This document shows, one piece after another, positions 1-8,247 of a stretch of 64,000 nucleotides of DNA; the first letter of the stretch is position 1, and each line of letters starts with the position of its first letter. The notes below the pieces were generated by a model. The model saw only the letters and a program-made list of their open reading frames with translations. It was not told the DNA's origin and did no database searches. The position numbers and the translations under genes were made by a program. This DNA comes from an uncultured Dehalococcoidia bacterium (lineage in GTDB: Bacteria > Chloroflexota > Dehalococcoidia > UBA2247 > RBG-13-53-26). The DNA lies in assembly GCA_964492335.1 (NCBI GenBank), contig CAZBJX010000003.1, positions 26,919 through 90,918 of the forward strand, given 5' to 3'.

Positions 1-460
1 TGGCGATGAAGATGACCTTGGCCCCCAGGGCGGTGGCCCGGGTCACCGCCGGGACGTCAAGGCCGAAGCGCTCATCGCGGGGGACGTTGATCACCTTGCC
101 CCCCCAGGCATCGGTGCTGAACTGGTACATGCCGAAGGTGGGCACGCAGTTGATGACGCTGTCGCCGGGGTCGATGAACAGGCGCATGATGAACTCGATC
201 AGCTCGTCGCTGCCGCTGCCGGGGATGATGGTCTGGGCCGCCGCCCCCGTGTACTCCTGCAGGGCCCGCCGCAGCTGGTGCTGCTCCGAGTCCGGGTAGA
301 TGTGGTAGTGGGGGAACTCGGCCAGCGCCCGCTTCACCCTGGGGGAGCAGCCATAGGGGTTCTCGTTGCCGTCCAGCTTGATGATGCGGTCGGGGGCCAC
401 CCCGCTCTGGGCGCTGACGGAGTCCAGGGGGGGGACCCAGGCATAGGGCTTCACGTCCAT
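1..460 (-). CDS. hisC: histidinol-phosphate aminotransferase, 5' part only (3' end runs off window start)
   Basis: Reverse-complement translation from ATG (458-460): MDVKPYAWVPPLDSVSAQSGVAPDRIIKLDGNENPYGCSPRVKRALAEF...HIYPDSEQHQLRRALQEYTG, the class-II aminotransferase HisC N-terminus. Absent from ORF track because it has no stop inside the window. Confidence 0.8.
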   Translation of the reverse strand, partial: MDVKPYAWVPPLDSVSAQSGVAPDRIIKLDGNENPYGCSPRVKRALAEFPHYHIYPDSEQHQLRRALQEYTGAAAQTIIPGSGSDELIEFIMRLFIDPGDSVINCVPTFGMYQFSTDAWGGKVINVPRDERFGLDVPAVTRATALGAKVIFIA

Positions 461-524
461 GAGGTGGGACCGGACCAGTCCCTCCGGCCCTCTGTCAGGT
501 CTAAACGTCTGTCTACCTTCCTCT

Positions 525-1523
525 CTATGGCAGATTGAGCAGCAGGACTTCCAGGGCCAGGCGGGGGCTGGCGTTGCGCTCCAGGTCCCGGACGGTCCCG
601 CTGATGGCCCGCAGGAAGCCCCGGATGCTGCCCGGGGTGACCGCCTCCGCCTGGCGCCGCAGAGCCTCCTCCTGGTCAATGTTGACTATCCAGCGGGCGC
701 CGCCGCACTGGATGAGCATGACGTCCCGCCACCACTGCTGCCACGCGGAAAGGGCCTGGAGCGCCCGGTCCCGTCCCTTGCCGAAGATGGCGGCCAGGCC
801 GGCCGCGTAGGCCAGGCGCTCGTGGGTGCCGGCGCCGCAGAGGCGGGCGAAGTCCGCCATTTGCTGCTCCCGTTCGGCCAGCACCTCCTGGTCCTCCAGG
901 GCCCGGATGGCCCATCCGGGGCGGCCTCCGGACAGCCTGGCCAGAAGGTCGGCCCTGTCCGGGGCGGCCTGGTGGCGGGCGATGAGCGCCTCGCGGACCA
1001 TGGCCGTGGGCAGGGGCCGCAGCTCCACGCGCTGGCAGCGCGAGGCGATGGTGGGCAGCAGGTCGCTCTCCCTGGCCGTCAGCAGGATGATGAGAACGCG
1101 CGGCGGGGGCTCCTCCAGGGGCTTCAGCAGGGAGTTGGCCGCTTCGTGAGAGAGCATCTCCGCCCCGTCGACGATGAACACCTTGCAGCGCCCCTCGAAG
1201 GGGGGGAGGTGGATGGCGGCCTGCATCTGGTCCACCTGCCGGACGCCGATGTTCTTCTTCTCGACGGAGAGCAGGTTGAGGAGGTGAACGTCGGGGTGCC
1301 TGGCGGCGGCGATGCGCCGGCAGGGGGCGCACTGCTGGCACGGAGGGTCCTCGGAGGAGCAGTTGACGGCCCGGGCCAGGTCAAGGGCCAGGGTGAGCTT
1401 GCCGACATGGGCCGGGCCGACGAAGAGGTAGGCGTGCGAGAGCTGGCCGCTCGCCAGGCTCCGCCGGAGAAGGCCGGTGGCCCTGGAATGCCCCGTTACC
1501 TGCCACATGGTAGTGCCACTCAA
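525..1523 (-). CDS. holB: DNA polymerase III delta-prime subunit
   Basis: 332 aa; Walker-A-like AYLFVGPAHVGKLTLALDLARAVNC, Zn-module CQQCAPCRR, HPDVHLL, FIVDGAEML; clamp-loader AAA+ fold. Confidence 0.85.
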   Translation of the reverse strand: MSGTTMWQVTGHSRATGLLRRSLASGQLSHAYLFVGPAHVGKLTLALDLARAVNCSSEDPPCQQCAPCRRIAAARHPDVHLLNLLSVEKKNIGVRQVDQMQAAIHLPPFEGRCKVFIVDGAEMLSHEAANSLLKPLEEPPPRVLIILLTARESDLLPTIASRCQRVELRPLPTAMVREALIARHQAAPDRADLLARLSGGRPGWAIRALEDQEVLAEREQQMADFARLCGAGTHERLAYAAGLAAIFGKGRDRALQALSAWQQWWRDVMLIQCGGARWIVNIDQEEALRRQAEAVTPGSIRGFLRAISGTVRDLERNASPRLALEVLLLNLP

Positions 1524-1535
1524 GACGGTCCACCA

Positions 1536-1796
1536 TCACTCGTCGGCAGCGCCCAGGTCGGTGATGTAGTCGACGGCGTCCTGCACCGTCACTATTCTCC
1601 GGGCATCCTCGTCGGGGATCTCCACCTTCTTGCCGCCCTTGCTGAACTCCTCCTCCATCGCCATCATCAGCTCGACCAGGTCGAGCGAGTCAGCGTTGAA
1701 ATCCTCGATGAAGGAGGCCTTGGGGGTCACCTCTTCGTCCTTCACGCCCAGCTGGTCGACGATGATCCGCCTGACTCTCTCATAAACCGTAGCCAC
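1536..1796 (-). CDS. acpP: acyl carrier protein
   Basis: 86 aa; phosphopantetheine-attachment motif [36 protein letters not shown] (DSLD serine). Confidence 0.9.
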   Translation of the reverse strand: MATVYERVRRIIVDQLGVKDEEVTPKASFIEDFNADSLDLVELMMAMEEEFSKGGKKVEIPDEDARRIVTVQDAVDYITDLGAADE

Positions 1797-1812
1797 TGTT
1801 AACTGACCCTCC

Positions 1813-2316
1813 TCATTTGGTTTTCGATTGGCAAAGCTCAGTATACAACGATCCCAGGACTCCGTTCACGAACTTGAAGGAACTCTCTCCTCCGTAGGTC
1901 TTGGCCAGCTCCACCGCCTCGTTGATGGCCACCTTCACCGGCACGAGGTCGAAGATGATCTCGGCGATGCCCAGGCGCAGTATGTTGCGGTCAACGATGG
2001 CTATCTGGTCCAGCGGCCATGCCGGGGCGTAGCGGGCGATGAGGCTGTCGATGCGCTCCCTGTTCTCAACCACCGTGGACACCAGCTCCCGGGTGAAGGC
2101 GACGGTGTCCCCGGGCAGCGCGGAGCGCTCCAGGGCCCGCTCCAGCGCCGGGGCGTAGTCATGGCCGGCGCAGTCAACCTCGAAGAGGACCTGCAGCGCC
2201 AGGGCCCTCCCCTTGCGACGGGCGGCTACAGCCGTTCCCCCCACTGTCTTCTCCTGTCTTCTCTGCTGAGGCTCGCCGGCGATGCCGGCGGCAGCTTCGG
2301 CACCATAGTATATCAC
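1813..2316 (-). CDS. nusB: transcription antitermination factor NusB
   Basis: 167 aa; [12 protein letters not shown]...[16 protein letters not shown]...[27 protein letters not shown] matches NusB family signature. Confidence 0.85.
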   Translation of the reverse strand: MIYYGAEAAAGIAGEPQQRRQEKTVGGTAVAARRKGRALALQVLFEVDCAGHDYAPALERALERSALPGDTVAFTRELVSTVVENRERIDSLIARYAPAWPLDQIAIVDRNILRLGIAEIIFDLVPVKVAINEAVELAKTYGGESSFKFVNGVLGSLYTELCQSKTK

Positions 2317-2361
2317 TGCCTGGCGGGCAAGTGAAGATTGCCAGTGCGGAGGCCGATGCCG

Positions 2362-3270
2362 TCACGGCCTCCGGGCTTCGGTGCTCACGGCCCGGACATC
2401 CCTGCTTATCCGCTTGATCAGCCCGGTGAGCACCTGGCCGGGGCCGATTTCCACCAGCTCCACGACGCCCCCGCTGATCATCGTCTCCACGGACTTCTGC
2501 CACAGCACGGAGTGGCACAGTTGCTGCAGGAGCTCTTCTTTGAGCGCGCCGCCGGCGGTCACCGGCTCCGCGGTGGTGTTGGCCACGATGGGGATCGAGG
2601 CATCGCGGAATGCCAGGTTGGCCACGGCCCTGGCCATCCCCTCCGCGGCGGGCTGCATCAGCCTGGAGTGGAAGGCGCCGCTCACCGGGAGGGGGACCAC
2701 CCTCTGGGCTCCCTTCTCCCTGGCGAGCAGGGTGGCCTTCTCCAGCGCCTCCGCCGGGCCGCTGATGGCGATCTGGCCCGGGGAGTTGATGTTGGCGATC
2801 TCCATCCCGGAGGCGGCGCACACCTCGCGCACCCCGGTCTCGTCCAGGCCGATGATGGCCAGCATGCCGCCGGGGGCCAGGTCCCCGGCCTCCTGCATGA
2901 GGCGGCCCCTCTCGCGGGCCAGCCGCAGGGCGTCGGCGAAGGAGAGCGTGCCGGCGGCCACCAGGGCGGTGTACTCCCCCAGGCTGTGCCCCGCCAGGAA
3001 GGAAGGCTGCGGCCGGTCCGCCAGAAGCGGGCTGGTCCGCAGGTGGGCGATGCTCATGGCCAGGATGGCCGGCTGGGCGTTGACGGTCTGGCGCAGGACC
3101 TCCTCCGGCCCTTCGAAGCACAGCCCGGAGAGCGAGAAGCCCAGGACGGAGTCAGCCTCCTCGAAGACGGCCCTGGCCCCGGGCAGGGCGGCGAAGAGGT
3201 CCTTCCCCATGCCGGCCCACTGGGAGCCCTGGCCGGGAAACACGTAGGCGGTCTTCTGGTCAGCAGCCAT
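2362..3270 (-). CDS. fabD: malonyl-CoA:ACP transacylase
   Basis: 302 aa; FPGQGSQWAGMG, active-site GHSLGEY, AFHSRLM motifs. Confidence 0.9.
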   Translation of the reverse strand: MAADQKTAYVFPGQGSQWAGMGKDLFAALPGARAVFEEADSVLGFSLSGLCFEGPEEVLRQTVNAQPAILAMSIAHLRTSPLLADRPQPSFLAGHSLGEYTALVAAGTLSFADALRLARERGRLMQEAGDLAPGGMLAIIGLDETGVREVCAASGMEIANINSPGQIAISGPAEALEKATLLAREKGAQRVVPLPVSGAFHSRLMQPAAEGMARAVANLAFRDASIPIVANTTAEPVTAGGALKEELLQQLCHSVLWQKSVETMISGGVVELVEIGPGQVLTGLIKRISRDVRAVSTEARRP

Positions 3271-3433
3271 CTGGGAACCTCCTCAAGGTGTCATCGCTGC
3301 CCGGCAATGCGGCGCCCTGCCGGCGGGCCGGTGGCGCCGCACCCGGGGGCCGGCAGGGCCCGCCACGGCCCTGCTTCACGCCGGACCTGCGTGGCCGGGC
3401 GCCACTCTCCGTCCGCCGCTTCAGCGCGTTGAG

Positions 3434-3492
3434 ACGTTGACGTTCTCCCCATGGCTGAAGCCAGGGGCTTGCGGCCTTCGTTCTCCTGGTCA
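3434..3492. repeat. ~59-nt conserved intergenic element, copy A (second copy at 23181..23239)
   Basis: Shared core CGTTCTCCCCATGGCTGAAGCCAGGGGCTTGCGGCCTTCGTTCTCCTGGTCA, identical in both copies, with ~13 more nt of 80% identity. Begins at the rpmF stop codon and contains a hairpin CCCCAUGG-CUGAAG-CCAGGGG. Confidence 0.6.
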
Positions 3493-3690
3493 GGACTTCT
3501 TGGAGGCCCTGGACTTGCCCTCGGTGATCTCCTTGCCGGCATAGGTCCCGCAGGTGGGGCAGACGGTGTGCGAGAGCTTCAGGGTGTGGCACTTGGAGCA
3601 CGGCTGGGTGGGTGGCGCAGATGGGGCCAGGTGGCTGCGCCTCTCACCCTGGCGGGCCTTGGAGGTCTTGCGTTTCGGTAGTGGTGGCAT
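3490..3690 (-). CDS. rpmF: 50S ribosomal protein L32
   Basis: Internal Met of ORF 3490..3801: MPPLPKRKTSKARQGERRSHLAPSAPPTQPCSKCHTLKLSHTVCPTCGTYAGKEI; L32 signature PKRKTSK...R.H plus C4 zinc ribbon. Confidence 0.85.
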   Translation of the reverse strand: MPPLPKRKTSKARQGERRSHLAPSAPPTQPCSKCHTLKLSHTVCPTCGTYAGKEITEGKSRASKKS

Positions 3691-3694
3691 GTGA

Positions 3695-4288
3695 TTACCC
3701 CTGCTTTCTTCGAGACTTGGCCCGGCCTGCCGCCCTGGCCCGGTCCAGCGCCTGAGCGTGTTCCAGGGCCTCAGCCAGGGCCGACCGGGGGGCCTGCGCA
3801 CAGCGGCACTGGCCCTCGTTCAGATTGGCGCCGCAGTGGGGGCAGAGCCCGGCGCAGTCCGCCCGGCAGAGAGGCTTCATGGGAATGGCCAGGAGAGAGT
3901 ATTGACGAATCATCTCGCTGGTGTCAAGTACGTGATGCGCGTCGATGGTGAAACTGGCGCTGCCGTCCTCGTCCGGCAGGGCCAGCGGCAGCCCGGTGAG
4001 GATATCCGTGGACGGGTAGAACATCTCCTCCACATCGAACGCCGCGGAGTGAGGGAAGGAGGCCAGGCAGCGGACGCAGGTCAGGCTGACGTGGCAGGAG
4101 AAGGCCCCCTGGAGCAGAATGCCGCGGGCCGCCCGGGTGAGGGTGGCCCTGCCCTCCACGCGCGACTCCTGGCCGGCCTGGCCGGGGCCCCCGGCTGAGA
4201 CGTTCTCCAGGCACAGGCAGCCGTCCACGTCGTGGGTGCGGGTGGCCCCGGTGCCTTCTTTCAGCAGTTGTGCGACATTAATCTGCAT
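3695..4288 (-). CDS. yceD: YceD/DUF177 family protein (large-subunit rRNA accumulation protein), typical partner of rpmF
   Basis: 197 aa; C-terminal CxxC...CxxC (CRADCAGLCPHCGANLNEGQCRC); conserved position immediately upstream of rpmF. Confidence 0.75.
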   Translation of the reverse strand: MQINVAQLLKEGTGATRTHDVDGCLCLENVSAGGPGQAGQESRVEGRATLTRAARGILLQGAFSCHVSLTCVRCLASFPHSAAFDVEEMFYPSTDILTGLPLALPDEDGSASFTIDAHHVLDTSEMIRQYSLLAIPMKPLCRADCAGLCPHCGANLNEGQCRCAQAPRSALAEALEHAQALDRARAAGRAKSRRKQG

Positions 4289-5132
4289 GATGGCTTTCCA
4301 ATTTTAGCATAACTTCGTCGATGACGTTGTCCGGTATCGAGGTGCCGCTGGTGACCCCCACGGACCGGCCTCGGGCCAGCCACTCCCGGCGGATCTCGCC
4401 GGCGGTCTCGATGTGATGGGTCTCGGTGCCGGCGGAGGCGCATATCTCGGCCAGGATGCGGGTGTTGGCGCTGCTGCGCCCGCCCACCACTATCATCAGG
4501 TCCACCTGGCGCGCCAGGTCCAGGGCCGCCGACTGCCGTCTCCTGGTCACGTCGCACAGGGTGTTGAGGACCGAGATCTCCTGCACGCGGGGCAGCAGCA
4601 GGGACACCAGGTCCTTCACGAACCTGGTGAACTCGGCCTCGTTGCGGGTGGTCTGGGAGAGCACCCCCACCCGTTTGGGGAAGCCGCTGCGCCCGGCGAT
4701 GCCCCGGCCCTCCAGGGTGGCCTCCCCCTGCCCGCCGGCCCAGCCGAGTATGCCCTTGACCTCCGGGTGGGCCGGGTCGCCGAAGACCACCAGCCAGAAC
4801 CCCTCCGCGGCCAGCCTCCCGGCGGCCGTCTGGGCGCGACGGACGTTGGGGCAGGTGGTGTCCACCACGGTCAGGCCCCGGCCCTCCAGCTTCCGGGACT
4901 CCAGCGGCGGCAGGCCGTGCGAGGAGATGAGGGCCACCGCCCCCTTGACCTCCTCGGGGCGGGCCACCACCCTGACCCCCAGGCGGGCGAACTGGTCCAC
5001 CACCTGCTGATTGTGGACCACCGGGCCCACCGTCTCCACCTCGCCGTACCTGAGGGCCGCCTCCTCCAGGCTCTTCAGGGCGCGCTTGACCCCGAAGCAG
5101 AAGCCGGTCTCCTCAGCCTTGAGGATGCGCAT
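4278..5132 (-). CDS. ispH: 4-hydroxy-3-methylbut-2-enyl diphosphate reductase (MEP pathway)
   Basis: Start at MRILKAEETGFCFGVKRA; three conserved Cys regions (GFCFGV, DTTCPNV, NTLCDVT) of LytB/IspH; VVGGRSSANT. Confidence 0.88.
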   Translation of the reverse strand: MRILKAEETGFCFGVKRALKSLEEAALRYGEVETVGPVVHNQQVVDQFARLGVRVVARPEEVKGAVALISSHGLPPLESRKLEGRGLTVVDTTCPNVRRAQTAAGRLAAEGFWLVVFGDPAHPEVKGILGWAGGQGEATLEGRGIAGRSGFPKRVGVLSQTTRNEAEFTRFVKDLVSLLLPRVQEISVLNTLCDVTRRRQSAALDLARQVDLMIVVGGRSSANTRILAEICASAGTETHHIETAGEIRREWLARGRSVGVTSGTSIPDNVIDEVMLKLESHHAD

Positions 5133-5778
5133 TGTTCCCGTACACCCCGCGATAGCTCTCGGGCAGGAGCTCGGCAATGCGGTGCATTATGATGTCGGTG
5201 CACTGGTCGCGCACCACCCGCGGGGGATGGCCATGGCTGTCCGGCAGCTTGAAGGGCTCCCCGATGTTGATCACCACCTTGGGCCGGTAGAGGATGCGGG
5301 TCATCCCCTCGAACTTGTGCCTGACCAGCTCGGTGCCCGAGATGCCGATGGGCAGTATGTGGGCGTTCTTGTGAAGGGCGATGAAGGCCGTGCCGACATG
5401 CCCCTTCTGCAGCTTGAAGCTCCTGCTCCGGGTCCCCTCCGGGAATATGCCCAGGCAGCGCCCTTCGTCCAGGACCGTGAAGGCCTTCCTGAGCGCGGTC
5501 CCGTCCACGGCGCCCCGCTCCACCGTGAAGCCCCCGTAGAGGTCCACCAGCCGCCGGTGGAAGGGGGAGTGGAAGTACTCCTTCTTGGCGACGAAGGTGA
5601 TGTGCCGCGATATCCCCAGGCCGATGAGCGGTATGTCCAGCCAGCTGAGGTGGTTGGACGCCACGATGAGCGGCCCCTGGGGCAGCTTCCTCTTCCGGTT
5701 GCGGTACTCGTACCGGCAGAGGAACCTCAGGCCCACCGCCGCGAAGGGCCTGGTGCAGTCGTACACAGAGAGCTTCAC
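5113..5778 (-). CDS. plsC: 1-acyl-sn-glycerol-3-phosphate acyltransferase
   Basis: 221 aa; acyltransferase HXXXXD block (VASNHLSWLDIP) and FPEGTRS motif. Confidence 0.85.
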   Translation of the reverse strand: MKLSVYDCTRPFAAVGLRFLCRYEYRNRKRKLPQGPLIVASNHLSWLDIPLIGLGISRHITFVAKKEYFHSPFHRRLVDLYGGFTVERGAVDGTALRKAFTVLDEGRCLGIFPEGTRSRSFKLQKGHVGTAFIALHKNAHILPIGISGTELVRHKFEGMTRILYRPKVVINIGEPFKLPDSHGHPPRVVRDQCTDIIMHRIAELLPESYRGVYGNNAHPQG

Positions 5779-5915
5779 ATGGCCTCCTTTGCCATGACGT
5801 CACGTTCAATTGCCGCGGGCGGGGCCTTCCCGCAGAGCGCCGGCGCCGGCTGGCGCCGCACGGGGGGGGGGCGCCAGCCGGCCGGGTGAGAGCGCGGCAA
5901 GGGTCGCCGCCGCCG

Positions 5916-6749
5916 TCACTTGTCCTGGAAGCTGGGCGCCCGCTTGTGGGCGAAGGACTTCAGGGCCTCCCTGTGGTCCGCGGAGCCCGTGGCGATGGTC
6001 ACGCAGGCCAGGGCCACGCCCAGCGCGGTCTCCAGGTCCATCTGCAGGCCCTTGTACACCTGGAACTTGGACAGCCTGAAGGCGATCGGCGCCCCGTTGA
6101 CCACCTTGCCGGCGAACTTCATCGCCTCCTCCTGCAACTGGTCCACGGGTATGATGCGGTTCAGCAGGCCGATGCGGTGGGCTTCGTCGGCCAGGCACGG
6201 CTCGCCGCTGTATATGAACTCCAGCGTCTTGGCGATGCCCATGATGCGCGGCATGAACCAGGTCCCGCCGCTGTCCGGGGCCACGCCGGCGCCGGTGTAG
6301 CCGATGACGAAGGTGGACTTGGGGCTGCCCAGCCGGATGTCGCAGGACAGGGCCAGGTCGAAGCCGAAGCCGGCGGCCACGCCGTTGACTACGGCGATGG
6401 TGGGGATGGGGAGGTTCTGCAGGCCCAGCATGACCTTCCTCTGCACCGTGGGGAGCAGGATGCCCTTTCTCACCTGGCCGGTGGTCTTGGGCCAGAAGGC
6501 GATGTCGTCCTGGGTGATCTCTTCCTTGTCCTTGAACTTGCTGAAGTCCAGGTCGCCGCCGGCGCAGAAGGCCCGGCCGGCGCCGGTCACCAGGACCACC
6601 CTGGTCCCGGTGTCCTCCGCCAGGCTGTCCACGGCCGCCGCCAGCTCCAGCCCCATCTCCTCGCTCACGCCGTTGAGGACCTCCGGGCGGTTGAGGGTGA
6701 TGGTGGCGATCCCCCCCTCTCTCTTCAGTATGATGGTCTTGAAATCCAT
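5916..6749 (-). CDS. enoyl-CoA hydratase/isomerase (crotonase) family protein
   Basis: 277 aa; ITLNRPEVLNGV, oxyanion-hole region AFCAGGDL, GFGFDLALSCDIR. Confidence 0.8.
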   Translation of the reverse strand: MDFKTIILKREGGIATITLNRPEVLNGVSEEMGLELAAAVDSLAEDTGTRVVLVTGAGRAFCAGGDLDFSKFKDKEEITQDDIAFWPKTTGQVRKGILLPTVQRKVMLGLQNLPIPTIAVVNGVAAGFGFDLALSCDIRLGSPKSTFVIGYTGAGVAPDSGGTWFMPRIMGIAKTLEFIYSGEPCLADEAHRIGLLNRIIPVDQLQEEAMKFAGKVVNGAPIAFRLSKFQVYKGLQMDLETALGVALACVTIATGSADHREALKSFAHKRAPSFQDK

Positions 6750-6762
6750 GTACTCCTCCTTC

Positions 6763-8247
6763 TTACTGACTTTGGTTCAACGTTCTTTGCAGTCGCTCTA
6801 CTATGGCGGCGGCCCTGCGGTCCCTGAGGGCCCGGTCCTGCCCGGCCCCGGCCGGCCCTCCCCCGCCCGGGCACGCCGGGGCCCCCGCCGGCTGGCGGCC
6901 GGGCGCCCGGCCGATGAGGCAGGCCGAGGAGGAGAAAAGGGTGTCGATTATCCGCAGGCCAAGCTGGGCCACGGTCCGGCCCGTCTGGGTGTTCTCGATG
7001 AGCAGGTCGGCATCCTCGGGCAGGAAGGCCTCGGTCGCCCCCCAGGTGGGTATGAGGCGGTACGGGCTGAGGCGGCTCTCCCTGGCGTACCGGTCGGCGA
7101 TGTTGATGTACTCCGAGGCGATGCGCAGGGCGGTGATCTCCTTGCGGCGCAGCGGCGCCTCCAGGTCCCGGGGGGCCTTGTACGGGGTGGTCCCGCTGAC
7201 CACGGCCACGATCCGCACCCCGCCGAAGGGCAGGGCCAGGAGCTTCTCCACCGGGCTGGACGGGAACCTGCAGAGGTGGTCGGCCAGCCAGTCCTCCCCG
7301 GTGATGGCCAGGTCGAAGTTGCCGTTGGCCACCTGCAGGGGCATGTCCTGGGGCCGGATGACCTTGACTCTGGTGGCCTCCAGGCTGGTCCGGGGCCGGC
7401 GCGGGTCCGCCTGGTCGTCCCGGACGGTGATCCCGGCCCGGGAGAGGAAGTCCAGGGTGGGCGCCTGCTGGTGCCCGTCGGGAAGCGCCAGCCGCACGCA
7501 GTCGGGGTCATCGGGCGCACCACGGTGCTCCCGCGCGGCCATGGCGGGCGGCGCGCCTGCGGCGGGGGGCGCCCCCGGGGGGGCGGGCAGCAGCTTCCCG
7601 GCGGCGGCGATCAGCCGGTCCAGCAGGGGGCTGAGGTCCTTCGATTCCCAGCTGGGGCGGTGGGCCACCAGGCAGGCGCCGGAGTCGAGCACCAGGCCCA
7701 CGGAGGCCAGGCCGTGATTGAGGGGGACTCCGGGGGGCCGGGCGATCAGGGCCAGGTCCGCGCTCTCGGGCGGGTAGGCCTCGGCTCCGCCCCAAAGGGG
7801 GAATACGGCAAACCGGGGCAGCCGGCGCCGCAGGGCGAAGGACTCGGCCAGGTTGGGGTACTCCGTGGCGATGCGGATGGTGCCGGGGTGGCTGCCGAGC
7901 TCCTCCAGGCTGCCGGGCCCGGTGGCCCGGTCGGCCGCCATCGACAGCTGTCTCCAGCCGTAGCCCAGGTCCAGCACCTTGACCAGGGCGCTGGAGCGGT
8001 ACCTGGCCAGCAGCTCGGCCACCCAGTCCAGGCCGCAGATACCCAGCTCGTAGTTGCCCACGGCCACCTGGATGGGGATGTCCTTCTCGTGGAAGACCTT
8101 CATGGTGACGCCGGGCAGGGTGCGGCACTCCGGCCGGTAGGAGCGGGACTGCTCGTCGTAGCCGGCCACTTCCAGGCCGGAGCGATGCAGGAGGGCGCTG
8201 GTCTCCGCCAGGAGCTGTCCTTTAGGAAGGGCCAGTCTTAGTTGCAT
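6763..8247 (-). CDS. hisG: ATP phosphoribosyltransferase, tandem-duplicated HisG catalytic domains; N-terminal copy degenerate
   Basis: 494 aa. Two HisG-like halves (MQLRLALPKGQLLAETSALLHRSGLEV... and VRLALPDGHQQAPTLDFLSRAGITV...) joined by a Pro/Ala-rich linker. PRPP-binding motif intact only in the C-terminal half (LLIENTQTGRTV); the corresponding N-half position reads LALIARPPGVPL. Confidence 0.75.
   Translation of the reverse strand: MQLRLALPKGQLLAETSALLHRSGLEVAGYDEQSRSYRPECRTLPGVTMKVFHEKDIPIQVAVGNYELGICGLDWVAELLARYRSSALVKVLDLGYGWRQLSMAADRATGPGSLEELGSHPGTIRIATEYPNLAESFALRRRLPRFAVFPLWGGAEAYPPESADLALIARPPGVPLNHGLASVGLVLDSGACLVAHRPSWESKDLSPLLDRLIAAAGKLLPAPPGAPPAAGAPPAMAAREHRGAPDDPDCVRLALPDGHQQAPTLDFLSRAGITVRDDQADPRRPRTSLEATRVKVIRPQDMPLQVANGNFDLAITGEDWLADHLCRFPSSPVEKLLALPFGGVRIVAVVSGTTPYKAPRDLEAPLRRKEITALRIASEYINIADRYARESRLSPYRLIPTWGATEAFLPEDADLLIENTQTGRTVAQLGLRIIDTLFSSSACLIGRAPGRQPAGAPACPGGGGPAGAGQDRALRDRRAAAIVERLQRTLNQSQ

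Noticed and set aside
459-1802. 447-aa plus-strand ORF (and several similar: 6304-8241, 16304-18004, 19867-21570, 33213-35447, 36133-37875, 39574-42336, 43045-44901, 47593-48678)
   Set aside because: All lie antisense to genes with clear family signatures. Their translations are low-complexity Gly/Ala/Arg/Pro-rich strings typical of open antisense frames in ~68% GC DNA. No recognisable motifs.
3260-3601. 113-aa and 83-aa minus-strand ORFs (3260-3601, 3291-3542) in the rpmF-fabD spacer
   Set aside because: They overlap rpmF and the 59-nt element in other frames, have Arg/Pro-rich composition and no RBS. The region is better explained as non-coding spacer plus repeat element.
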